This document shows positions 1 through 11,012 of a stretch of 64,000 nucleotides of DNA, piece by piece. The notes beneath the pieces are model-generated. The model worked only from the letters and a program-made list of their open reading frames with translations, had not been told where the DNA came from and searched no databases. The translations under genes and the position numbers were made by a program. Location of the stretch: assembly GCA_964234715.1 (NCBI GenBank), contig OZ174275.1, one strand, 5' to 3'. How positions within the stretch are numbered: the stretch's first letter is position 1; each line of letters begins with the position of its first letter. The stretch comes from Podarcis melisellensis (lineage: Eukaryota).

Positions 1-285
1 TACAGGTCTATGCCTCTGTTAGTGTTCAGTGGATAGACATGTGGTCTGTCAACAGGTGAACCTGTCATGCAGACATATTTCTGCTCACCACTGAAACCCT
101 TAAGTCTTTCCTTGGCTTCCTTCATGTCTTCTAGCCCTTTATTAAGTACACCACTGCTATGTTTAAGTTCACAGCTCCCTCCTCACTACACCCCCCTTCC
201 TGTAAGCAAACTAAGTATTACAACATTGCGTTACTTTGCCAAGCTTTTGTAACTCACAATCTCTCAGCCCCTCAAATATGGGTAT

Positions 286-625
286 AAGGTAAAGGGACCC
301 CTGACCATTAGGTCCAGGCGTGGCTGACTCTGGGGTTGCGGCACTCATCTCTCTTTATTGGCTGAGGGAGCCGGCGTACAGCTTCCGGGTCATGTGGCCA
401 GCATGACTAAGCCGCTTCTGGCGAACCAGAGCAGCACACTGAAACACCGTTTAGCTTCCCACCAGAGTGGTACCTATTTATCTACTTGCACTTTGACATG
501 CTTTTGAACTGCTAGGTTGGCAGGACCAGGGACCGAGCAACAGGAGCTCACCCCATCGTGGGGATTTGAACCATCGACCTTCTGATCGGCAAGTCCTAGG
601 CTCTGTGGTTTAACTCACAGCACCA
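286..625 (-). mobile_element. Sauria SINE (Squam1), near full length
   Basis: Reverse complement has a tRNA-like head (GGTGCTGTGAGTTAAACCACAGAG...GGTTCAAATCC B box), the conserved body CTGCCAACCTAGCAGTTC and the 3' tail GGGGTCCCTTTACCTT. Aligns with the copies at 3054 and 20123. Confidence 0.92.
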
Positions 626-682
626 GGCAACTTTAATTGCATTGGCATTAACAAAGCAATTAAAACAAATAATCTGTGATCT

Positions 683-749
683 TTGGCCATGCTGGCTGGG
701 GCTGATATATTCCAACAACTTCTGAAATACTACAGGTTCCCCATGCCTG
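683..749. mobile_element. Partial hAT-Charlie-like palindromic MITE
   Basis: GGCCATGCTGGCTGGGGCTGAT...CAGGTTCCCCATGCCTG matches the 3' half of the copies at 8563, 13586 and 61240. Confidence 0.55.
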
Positions 750-2872
750 GTCTAGTTAATAGTATTTCACTCAAGCCTTCTCCCTTTTCTAATTGGCTAG
801 GTCAGCTTTACGAAATGTCAGTCACTGCTGTGACAACATTCATTAGCTAAAAACAGTGAAAGGAGGGAACAGGATGGTCTCTCAGAAAACAAATGAAAAT
901 AGTGCCTTCATATTTTGCCTCAAAACTCAGGTTCTACAATTTCTAGAAATGAAAGCTGGGTTTATGATTCATTGGGGGCAAGTTGCCCCCTTGCCCTCCC
1001 TGCGCTGTGCTATGCTGTGTGCCAAACCTGGTTGCTAACTGCTAACATCAAGGCCTCTGGCTCTCCCTTCCTTCTTATGGTCCTTTACCAGACTTGGACC
1101 AGACAGCCCTTAAAATAGAGATGTGCCCTCTGTAAAGTATTACTGTGGCCACCCTAGTCGTCGTCATTATCCTACCTCAAAAAGATGAAAATCAGCTTTC
1201 TTGTGCCATATGCTTTTGTAGGCCAAATCATACCATGATAGACATATGGGATGCTGTGAGTTGATTGCAGTATTGCACAAAGAAAACATGGTTTTAGACA
1301 TTGGGAGCCAAACTCCCAAAGCATACAAGAAATTAGGACACCATTGGATTGGGAAGGAGAATGCTATGTGGTGGTCAAAAAAATCCCTCAATCAGTAACA
1401 ATGTTCACTTTCCTCCTCTGCTTGCTGACATTCATTTCAGATCCCTCAACCCTGGATAGGACTTATTTTGAGCCACAGGTCAATATTGCCTATTCTGACA
1501 CGCAGCAGTTCTCCAAGATGTCAGACAGATAAAGGCCTTTCCTGTCCCTGCTACCAGAGATATTTTTCTTATAAAAACAACAACTGGAGACACCTAGGAT
1601 TTCACCTGAGATCTTCTGCTGTCAAAGCATGTTCTCTACCCATTATGGTCCCTCAGTTCATGAACTGGTTGGCCATTATTTTTCTCTTATTGACATGTAC
1701 TTTTGTATTTAACTTTCTGCAACTCTTCAGATGCATATATGAATGGAATTGTACTTACCTGGCTTCTTGTCAGTCACAGAATGTTTTTGTAATTAACTTC
1801 ACTAGCAGATTGCATTTTTTCATGTAGTCCCAGGTACTCCTCCCCCCCCCCGCTTTTTTCTGCCTCTTTGTCCTAGTTTCTAATGCCAGTAAATATAAAT
1901 ATGTCACATAAATATGCCTATGAACAATAAACCAGCATCCTGCCTCTCAGTGCTACAAAATAAGGCACGTGTCTCCAGTTAATTTCAAAGTCCAAAATAT
2001 GGTGAGGCAAATCATAATGTAGCACAGTTATCTACTGCTAATCATTTGAGGTTGTTATATGTGTTTGTTGGTTTAGATGGCATCTAGCATAAGGCAGATA
2101 AATTTAGTTCTGAAATTTAGTCCTACTTCAAGTTGTCTCTTGGAAAAGAGAAGGATAGGTAAAGGAACAGTTGCATCAGTCAAGGCAGGAGGTAACTTTG
2201 CTGCCTACTTTCTTGCCACTTGAACTCTAAAGGGATGGGCATTAACCTAAGTTACCTGACAGTCCTAAACATAGTAAAGATCTAAAAATACCATAGGCAG
2301 AATGTGCATCAGTTTTTCTTAATAGTTTGAAAAGAATTATTTTAATAAACATGACTTATTCCAAATTTCCCTTGTCATATACAAAGTCTACTGGGCAAAT
2401 AGATTATTGCAAAGCATGATAAGCTCACATCTGGGCTTCAAATTATGGTTAATTTATTGCAGACCTACTGGCCTGAGAGACAATCTGAGTAAGGCATTGT
2501 GCAATAACTCATGACTTGTCTCATGCAGGAATTTCTCTCTCTTAATATTAAAAAGAGAAAACAGGCCAAAGAAATCAGTTTCTAATATCTAGGCATTAAT
2601 ATTGCTACATTCCATTCCTTTGTACCAAAGAAGGGCAAAAATTGGCTCTGATTGTGGGTGTAGCACACCTGCTTGTGTCTCTTTGTAGAGAAAGTTGCTC
2701 CATCCCTAAATAATGCCTGGATGGCAGACCACCTGGAAAGCAAATGCGCATTGCTAGGAACTCTTTGGAAGTACAAACATTACAAACAAACACTGGAAAG
2801 CAGTGGAAACAAAAGTCTCTCATGGCTCTGATCAGCCACGTGAATTTCATCAGTGCAGTGATCTGTTGTGTG

Positions 2873-2876
<4 letters not shown>

Positions 2877-2908
<32 letters not shown>
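2877..2908. repeat. (CT)n microsatellite followed by (GTT)n
   Basis: Directly visible. Confidence 0.95.
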
Positions 2909-2911
<3 letters not shown>

Positions 2912-3053
2912 TTTTTGTTGTTGTTGTTGGGGGCAGTATTGAAATTGTGCTTGACAGTTTTGCAGCAAGCTCATCAGCACTAACAATCCCCAGTATCCTA
3001 GAAGGTGGACTGAAGAGAGGGCACATGTGTTGTGGCCGGGCTAGATGATGTAA

Positions 3054-3435
3054 GGGATGCTGGTGGCGCTGTGGTCTAAACCACTGAGACTCTTGGGCTT
3101 GCCGATCAGAAGGTTGGAGGTTCAAATCTGTGTGAGGGGGTGAGCTCCCGTTGCTCTGTCCCAGCTCCTGCCAACCTAGCAGTTCAAAAGCACACCAGTG
3201 CAAGTAGATAAATAGGTACCGCTGTGCTGGGAAGGTAAACGGCATTTCCATGCGCTCTGGTTTCCATCATGGTGCCCTGTTGCTCCAGAAGCGGTTTAGT
3301 CATGCTGGCTACATGACCCAGAAAAGCTGTCTGTGGACAAACACTGGCTCTCTTGGCCTGAAAGCGAGATGAGCACCACACCCCATAGTCACCTTTGACT
3401 GGACTTAACCATCCAGGGGTTCTTTACCTTACCTT
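3054..3435 (+). mobile_element. Sauria SINE, second subfamily
   Basis: GGGATGCTGGTGGCGCTGTGGTCTAAACC head, GGTTCAAATC B box and a TTTACCTTACCTT tail. The body carries a diagnostic extra segment (GGTTTCCATCATGGTGCCCTGTTGC). Confidence 0.92.
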
Positions 3436-4039
3436 GTTGATGCACCAGTAAGGCACTGATAGCCAGTCCTGTTGAGTTCACAAGCAGATTCTCCTGCATT
3501 TTCCTAAACTGGGCTGGGTTCAAAAGTCCCTCTGATACCAAGTCAGCAACACTGGCACCTATGTTTTTCTTTTCCCAGCCTCCCTCTGCAGTTCCTTTCT
3601 AGGCAAATTGTATGCCTCCCACCATAGATCTGCCATTAGACTCTGGAGATTTTGCTTGAGGGAGACTGATAGTGCCATAGCGACTTATGATTATGAAAAC
3701 TTAGGGCAGGGTCTCAAGGTGGCTTTGATACACAGCTTTTTCATGACAACTGTTTCATCTGAATGATCTTTTGCGTGACTGTAGGTTGGGAATTACCAAT
3801 CCAATGGCAGCTCCCATCGCATACGTGGATGTTCAAATGAAACACCACACAAACCTAATAAAATCATTTTGTTGTGACTTCACTCAAAGAGTAAATTAGG
3901 ATTTGGACCAATATGTTGTGTTATGTCTCTCAGGAACATTGTTGATAACAATCAGCATAGCTATAGTGTCTTCTTTTCCTGCTAACCCAGGGATGATGCT
4001 TCTTCAGTCTGGAGCACTGGGAGAAAATAAAGGGCTACC

Positions 4040-4210
4040 TAGGTCAATCTGCAATTTTTGTTTTTTTCAATTTCCCATTTTTCCAAACTTCCAATGTTCA
4101 GTTCTCCACATTTACACATCAATTTGCATTTTTAAGTCCTCATGAAAATTCATCAACATGTTAGTGTGAATTTATAAAAATACACACAAGTTTATACGCA
4201 ATTTGTCACT
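4040..4210. mobile_element. Degraded AT-rich squamate DNA-element fragment
   Basis: TTTGCATTTTTAAGTCCTCATGAAAATTCATCAAC resembles the reverse complement of the element at 18509-18911. Confidence 0.45.
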
Positions 4211-5918
4211 AGCTCTCTGCCTAACCTACCTCACAGCTTTGTTGTGTTGTCAGAGACATGGCTGGCAGAGAGGACTCTGCAGAGGGGGAGAAAGGGGCAG
4301 AAGAAAACAGGAACTTGGTTCATTCACACCACGAATGTGAGATAAATCCTTCTCACTCTGGATTGCTGCCTGTAAGTTTTCGCAGCAGCACAGAGATGAA
4401 GGAGCAGGATGCTGGTGGTAGTAGGGGGTTGGATTCAACTCCAGGAAGAATTGGCTGCACCTGAGTCTCCAAGAAGTAGGAGGAGGAGCAAGCAATTAGA
4501 ACAAAGGAAGTCCAGCAGGAAGCTGGGATTCACTGTAGTGTGCACATTACTCTGGTTCCATGGAGGCCAGCTAAAATAGCTTCCTCATGGTGACTGGTAC
4601 ATACTATGGATTTAATGCATTGTGGATTCCCTGCATTTTGTGTGTAGTTACCACCCCACCACCCAAGGACCCAGTGGTCACAAGGAACGTAACCAAACTT
4701 TGGGGATCCACATGGCCACTGTGGAACTGACACCATTCTGAAGTGGTTTTGGTTAGCATTCACCTGGCACATGCTATGAATTGATTAGCCCTTATGCTGA
4801 GATACTTGCTTCCTAAAATAAAAATGAATGAGAATTCCTTCTTTGTGAAATGTGTGTCTGAAAACAGAACAGCAGCTTATGAAATAAAGAACTGGTATTC
4901 TGTCTTCAGACACAAATTTCATACGTATTTTAAAACTGGTCAATGAATTTATATCTAGCTCTGTTTTTTATTTGGCTCTGTTCTTCATCAGAATCTGCAC
5001 TCACTGTATGAGCTGAAGCCTAGGGGAAACTAAACACATGTTTACTAACAAAATACTATAATGGAATGACTAAGGAATTTGTGTATTTGGAATGTCAGGA
5101 CCCTTGAAACTGTCCTTGAGTATTGCTCACACAAAGTTGTAAAACCTCACTATTTAACTGCTAACACACAGATGTAGGCTGTGAAAAGATGTCATTGAAA
5201 GGTTTAAGCTATCCCAATGTTGTTCTTTTAGCCCAGTTTCCAAACATGTCTGTCTGTTTCTCCAGTCAACCTGCCAACAAAATAGCCTGAAGCCAGATTT
5301 CCATGAACTCTCGGGTAACATGACAGGCCTTTGCAATGCTACCAGTCCTTCATGCCTGTTGCCAGTAAGGGGGTATGGGGTACAGGAGGAGGAGAGGTCC
5401 ACAGCATCACCTGTGGGGTGAAAAAAATGCAGAAACTTCCAGGCAGTCCAACCTCTAGAGCAGAGAGCTTCTAAATTGGCTCTTTGTTAACTTTTGACAC
5501 GATGCCTTATAGCATAGCAGTTAGTCTACAGGAATGTTTTTCTACAGCTTGCACATAAGCACCTACGGCATACCAAAAGATTTAGAGGGGAAATCTGGCC
5601 AATCCCTGATTTATATCCAGAGTTTATGTGTGTGCTCACTTTGATGTTATTGTCATGGTGCTGATGCAACTTGAGTGCTATCCAGAGAAAGTCAAGTGTA
5701 AATCTGAAGGGACTAGAGCATTTCAATCAGCATCCTTACTGTACTTTGAATCACAAGCCTTGTTTTCTGTGCATGGCAGACCAGGATTTTGTTAAGAGAC
5801 TCATAAGAGTATCAGATTTTACAGGTGTGTTCGTCGTTTTTATGAGCTATTGTATGCAGATTTTAAATAAGAAGGCCCAGATCTTCACCAGAAGTGCCTC
5901 ATGCACCGAGCTACCAAG

Positions 5919-6030
5919 GTTGCATTAAACTAACCTTTACTCAAAGTAGACACAATGAAATTAATGTTGAATTTAGGTTCATTAATTTCAATGGACCAAC
6001 TGTGAGTAAAAGTTAGTTGAATCCAGCCCT
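5919..6030. mobile_element. Short degraded palindromic MITE-like repeat
   Basis: Imperfect fold-back AACTAACCTTTACTCA...AATGAAATTAATG / CATTAATTTCAATG...TGAGTAAAAGTTAGTT. Weaker relatives lie near 9050-9115 and 11935-11997. Confidence 0.5.
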
Positions 6031-6953
6031 AAAAGTGTGCGTGAGAGAGCAGTAGCTGAGATGCTAGAAACAATCATCTGGTAGTCAGAGAGTTAACATG
6101 AGAAAATGGATTTAACATAGCATTTCAATTGCCATGTATAATTCCCTATTCTACTATAAATCGTAAAGTAATGCATTCTCATTTGCTCAAAGGCGTGTCT
6201 TTCAGACCCCACCTACCAAATTAATGGAGCTTTTTAGTACATAAATTAGACAAGTCGTTTGGACTATAAGGCCTATTTCTGATCTTACTTTCCCCCCACT
6301 CGCTTGCAGGGAATACACCAGCAAATGAATTCTCAGTCACATGCTTGTATTGTATAAAGGCCCAGTGAAGATTTTCTCATGTTTCCCTGAAAGATAGTGA
6401 TCAAAGTTTGATTAGCCACTGAGTTCGCCTTCCAGATCACGTCGGTTGATTTAGGTCCTTGGCCTTCAAATGACTGGCAATTTCCTACAGTTTGAGTACA
6501 TCCTGACCTACCTGATCAGAGCTGGCTTGCAACAGTGGTAGCATCATAAATTATCTTTTATTTCTGAAAAATAAAGAGGAGACTAGAAGGTAGAGGAGTA
6601 TGGAGAGAGAAGTGCAGAAATATACAATAACAGACCCTCCAAGTGTCCCTATTTTCCAGGGATGTCCCTGATTTAGAAAAGCCCTCCCGATTTCTGATTT
6701 GATCCTGCAATGTCCCACTTTTTCTTAGGATGTCCCTATTTTCATTGGAGAAATATTGGAGGGTATGGCATCTGAACCCCAAGCATCTGAAGGCAATCCT
6801 GTACAGGGAAGGTTTTAAAAATGTGATATATATATCGTGAAAATCTACGAAAGCATATATATATACTGTATATATGCTTTCGTAGATTTTCACGGGTACA
6901 GGAATGCAGGTTTTGGTGTCCTCGGGTGTCTTCCCGTGTAAAAGTTGGGGTGT

Positions 6954-7003
6954 CTAGGCGACGTTTCGACGAGGTCTCACTCGTCATCTTCAGGCTGGTG
7001 CTT
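6954..7003 (-). ncRNA. Minimal hammerhead ribozyme motif, inverted copy
   Basis: Exact reverse complement of 7801-7850. Confidence 0.65.
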
Positions 7004-7800
7004 TCGGCTTCTTGTTACTGGAACAGAGCAGGATCTCAGTGTTTGAGTTCCTGTAAATACTGTTGAGGGGGTGTGGTGTATAGCCTCCAATGTTCTGGGC
7101 AGAGAGGAAGTTCCCAGGCTAGTGTGCCTTTTCTTCTTTTGTTCCTTAATTACTTGAGGGATATCTTGAGTGATTTCTTGAGTGATATCCTGAGTACCAC
7201 TTAGGTGGGTCATTAGGTGTGGATTAGTTGCTAAAGAGGGTCTGGGTTTGGGTCTGGAAATTAGCCCTCCCCACAAAAACTGACACCAGATCCAGAGGCA
7301 CACAGAACGCCATCACCAATCAACCACACCAGACCCAAACCCAGACCCTCTCCACAGATAAATTACAGACACCATCCAGTAGCCAAACCATGGTGGCACC
7401 TCCGGATGCTGCACCCCCCTGCAATCCCTACACAGATCTGGCTGACACAGGCCACAAAACCACAGCTCGCCCCTATACACGAAGCCAAGCCAGAGCACAA
7501 CTAAGTGCAGTACAGCCATCTTCTCAGAAAAACTCTTCACAAAGTTCAAGAGGTCAAGACACAAAGACTTTAGCAACTAATCCACACCTAATGACCCACC
7601 TAAGTGGTACTCAGGATATCACTCAAGAAATCACTCAAGATATCCCTCAAGTAATTAAGGAACAAAAGAAGAAAAGGCACACTAGCCTGGGAACTTCCTC
7701 TCTGCCCAGAACATTGGAGGCTATACACCACACCCCCTCAACAGTATTTACAGGAACTCAAACACTGAGATCCTGCTCTGTTCCAGTAACAAGAAGCCGA

Positions 7801-7850
7801 AAGCACCAGCCTGAAGATGACGAGTGAGACCTCGTCGAAACGTCGCCTAG
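7801..7850 (+). ncRNA. Minimal type I hammerhead ribozyme motif (PLE-associated)
   Basis: CTGAAGA-T-GACGAG-TGAGAC-CTCGTC-GAAA-CGTC: conserved core, 6-bp stem II, palindromic ACGT stem III and a GUC cleavage triplet. Stem I is only about 2 bp. Confidence 0.65.
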
Positions 7851-8562
7851 ACACCCCAACTTTTACACGGGAAGACACCCGAGGACACCAAAACCTGCAT
7901 ACTGTATATATATATATATATATGTTGGAAGCTGCCCAGAATGGCTGGGGCAGCCCAGTAAGATGTGTGGGATATAAATAGTAAAATTATCATTGGGGAA
8001 ATGTTGGAGGGTATACAATAAACATTAAGTGAATATCACATTATAGATTAAGTGGACAGCTTCCCCTTCTTCATGACTCTTTATCTCTCCCATTGAGTGA
8101 TGTGAAATTATTCTGTGGGCTTAACTTGAATGAACTTGCACTTCTCACAGAAATGCATCACCCCAGTTTTTTCACCTGATTTAGATCACATTCATAATTC
8201 AAGTTTTTATGAACCATGTAGACAGGGTATCTTAAATTTCAGGCATGTTATTTAAATTCCCATTTGTAACATTTCATTTTAATTGACCGTCCATTTAATG
8301 AATCAGCACCAAGGTGCTGCGTAAAGAACACTGTGCCCACATTGTTGAAAGAGATCTTTATTTCTTCTGGAAGATGGACTCTTGTGCAAATGTTTTTTCA
8401 CTTGTACATTTTCTGAAGGTCAGATGCACATAACATTAATATAATTGCCCCTTCTCCTTTGATAAGTGCCCTTGGGAGGGGCAGTCTGCAGTGGAAAATA
8501 TGTGTTGTGCGTGCACTATACCCTTCCCCTGAAAAGCGTTCCATCTGAAACTTCCCATTGCA

Positions 8563-8696
8563 CAGGGTTGGGGAAGCTGTGGCCTGCAAAATGTTGGACT
8601 ACAACTCCCATCCTCCCTGACTATTGATCATGTTGGCAGGGACTGATGAGATTTGGAGTCCAACAACATTTGGAGAGCCACAGGTTTCCCACCCCT
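8563..8696. mobile_element. hAT-Charlie-like palindromic MITE
   Basis: CAGGGTTGGGGAA...TTTCCCACCCCT termini with the internal fold-back GGACTACAACTCCCATC / GATGAGATTTGGAGTCC. Confidence 0.75.
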
Positions 8697-10861
8697 TCCA
8701 AGCATGTCATTTTTCCCTTGTGGGGTCCAGAGCATTTTCCGAAGAAAACACAGACCTGGGAGAGAAAGCTGCTTGGTGGGATGTTGTTTAAACTGAACAT
8801 TGCCTGGTCTCCTTATGCAGCTTCTCCATTGCGTAGCACCTTCTCCCTATTCAAATAAAGTTGCATGTAAATGTAGTTTGGCCTTAAATGCTCAGAAACA
8901 TACATGCCACCTTCAATGAAAGCTTGTGTTGTATCTTTAGTTTCCGTGATGGATTGCATGCTAGACTTTCATTCATTGCTCTCATTGCCTCTTGACCACC
9001 TGCAGTAACTCAGATGGATGTTTCTATTACAGGCTGCTCCTACACAGAGTTAGGCATGCATATGCTCATTGAAATCAATGGATTTAGGCTGGCCTGACTC
9101 TACCTAGGATCAGACTGTTAGTTTTGTAGTTTCAGAGCCAAATTTTCAGCTATTTCCATGAGTACCACACCTCAGGAATTAACCTTCAGCATGGAACATG
9201 GACAAAAATGCTTTTCTAAATCAGAAAGTGTAATGTTGGAAAGACTGCTCTGGTAATTTACTGTAAAGTCAAAAGGCCTTACTTGAATCATTTGCCAAGA
9301 TCAAGGAAAAACTTAAAGGTGGGCTCACTTCAGCTAGCACTGTATAAATGGTTTAGACAGGAATACGAACCCTTCCAAACTGGCTACAATTTTAGCCAGG
9401 GAAAATGAAGCCAGATTTATGTGTAACTTTACTTCAGCATGAAAGGAATTAAAATGCAAACTTTTTAGCCTTAAATTTAAAAAGAAAACCCAATGCTTTA
9501 GGATCTGAAGAATAAACATAAGAATTGAATTTGTGGTCAATAGTGGGATTCACAAGAGCTTCTGTCTATTAACTGTTATTTAACTGTCTGACTAGATTAA
9601 ATATTAGCATTCAATCACAGATTATGCTAAGAGATAAAGACAATTTTGGTGATTGTCAGAGAACACAGAGATACATGAATGACTGTTGATAGTCACTCAG
9701 GCCTAGATATAAGTTTGTGAAGATCTTTGTCACTTCGCTTCTCTCTCCACTCTTCACCTCTTGCCCAGATTCAAAGAGGCCCCCGACTAAAGTGGGCAAC
9801 ACAGTTTATATGCATTTCATTGTTCCAATCAGAATTGTGTTCCCACTGTTGCCAGAGGTAAGTTTCCACTCACTCCTTAGGGCGGGGGGAAGACTCGGGA
9901 TGGTCTCTTCATTTGAGAGGGGGACAAGTGGGCCACATGGGAAGAATGCCCAATGAGCAGGGGCAGATTATCTTGTTATTTCAGGTTGCTCCATCTCCTC
10001 CTCCCCCTTTTCTCCCTCTGCTTGCCCAACACCAAATGATGGAATTTTTAGATAGATATTTCAAACAGTATTGTAATGGGATAGAGAGTTGAACTGGTCA
10101 ACCTCCTGTAATTTTTGATTGCAACAGTGGGGTCTGCCAAAGTAGTTAAAATCAGTAGTAATGCCAGAGATTATCTTAGCCTCTCTGGCAGAGTGGTGAA
10201 TTACACTCTGATTGCTCTCCAGCTGGACTGCTCATGGGGAAAGCCCATCTTTTTCAATGTACAATCTCTGGGACACTAATGGCATGCCATCAAGTCCCAT
10301 CACTCTCAGTAGAAGTTGCAGCTGTCTTGTCAAAATGTGTTGCAAGAGCTGTGTGCATTAGCCAGGCAGAAGCTACCTGCAAAAGAAGAAGAAGAAAGTC
10401 AGCACCCCTTGGCAAACTTGCCACTGAATCCAGCGGCAGGGCATATTCCAAAATGGAACCGTATGTAAAGTGTGGAACGTATGAGTCTTCTTCAGAAGTC
10501 ACATTTGCCAAATTCATGTCCCAACCCTAGATCTAGTTCTGGCGAGCTGCTGTCAAATATTCAATATATGAGTCAACATCTTTCAAATGCAAAGGGTTGC
10601 TTGCAGCAGTGTATTAGAATCATACACAGCCATTCTCAAGGTAACAAATATGCTCTTGAAACTAGAACTCAGTATGCTACTCAGATTGTTACAAGTATGG
10701 CATGAAAACAGTTGAGGGGGAAATGGATTTGGCTGCAGAAAATAAAAACCCACCCCTACAAACATTGACTGAAAACTGGGAATCCTAAAGCTCCAAAATC
10801 TTAATAGAGTGGGTCACTGTCTGTCACAAGTGTTGGAATGGTAAAAGATAGGTTGTGTGCA

Positions 10862-11012
10862 GTGCAATCCTGTGTATGTCTAAGTTATAAATACATTATA
10901 AAAATTGAAATGAAATGAGATTAACAATAAATACTGTGCATATCTACTCAGACGTAAGCCCCACTGAATTCATATGGGCTTACTTCCAGGTAAGTGTCTA
11001 TAGGGTTGTGCT
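10862..11012. mobile_element. Short palindromic squamate repeat interrupted by a ~50-bp A-rich insert
   Basis: GTGCAATCCT...GTAAGCCCCACTGAATTCATATGGGCTTAC...AGGGTTGTGC. Relatives at ~51000-51058 and ~62761-62830. The insert at 10883-10933 is flanked by CTGTGYATRTCTA duplicates. Confidence 0.55.

Larger units (their letters stand above)
6836..7900. mobile_element. Penelope-like element (PLE) 3' remnant with an inverted pseudo-LTR, inserted in a TA-rich tract
   Basis: 333-bp inverted arms at 6904-7236 and 7568-7900; the ORF track gives the same C-terminal translation on both strands. Each arm has a hammerhead-type core. TACTGTATATAT occurs at 6864-6875 and 7900-7911, and the flanks are (TA)n. 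Inverted pseudo-LTRs with minimal hammerheads are PLE hallmarks. Confidence 0.85.
6631..8015. mobile_element. Composite hAT-like MITE with 6-bp TSD, containing an L2 3' fragment and a Penelope-like insertion
   Basis: Left TIR CAGACCCTCCAA (6631), internal right-type TIR TTGGAGGGTATG (6756-6767) and outer right TIR TTGGAGGGTATA (8004-8015). CAATAA flanks both outer ends. The short relative at 36042 also has a 6-bp TSD. Confidence 0.75.

Noticed and set aside
1441-1478. Plus-strand small exon candidate after GCTGACATTCATTTCAG
   Set aside because: Poor donor (GTCAAT) and no recognisable peptide.
2744-3251. ORFs with poly-LS or poly-RE tracts
   Set aside because: Translations of the (CT)n microsatellite and the adjacent SINE.
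7351-7567. Segment missing from the inverted arm as a spliced intron
   Set aside because: No GT-AG placement reproduces the observed junction CTAAAG|AGGGTC; a 2-nt microhomology explains it.
7228-7827. 199-aa ORF as a host gene
   Set aside because: Low-complexity Q/T/S/P sequence wholly inside the Penelope-like insertion and crossing its inversion junction; no recognisable domain.
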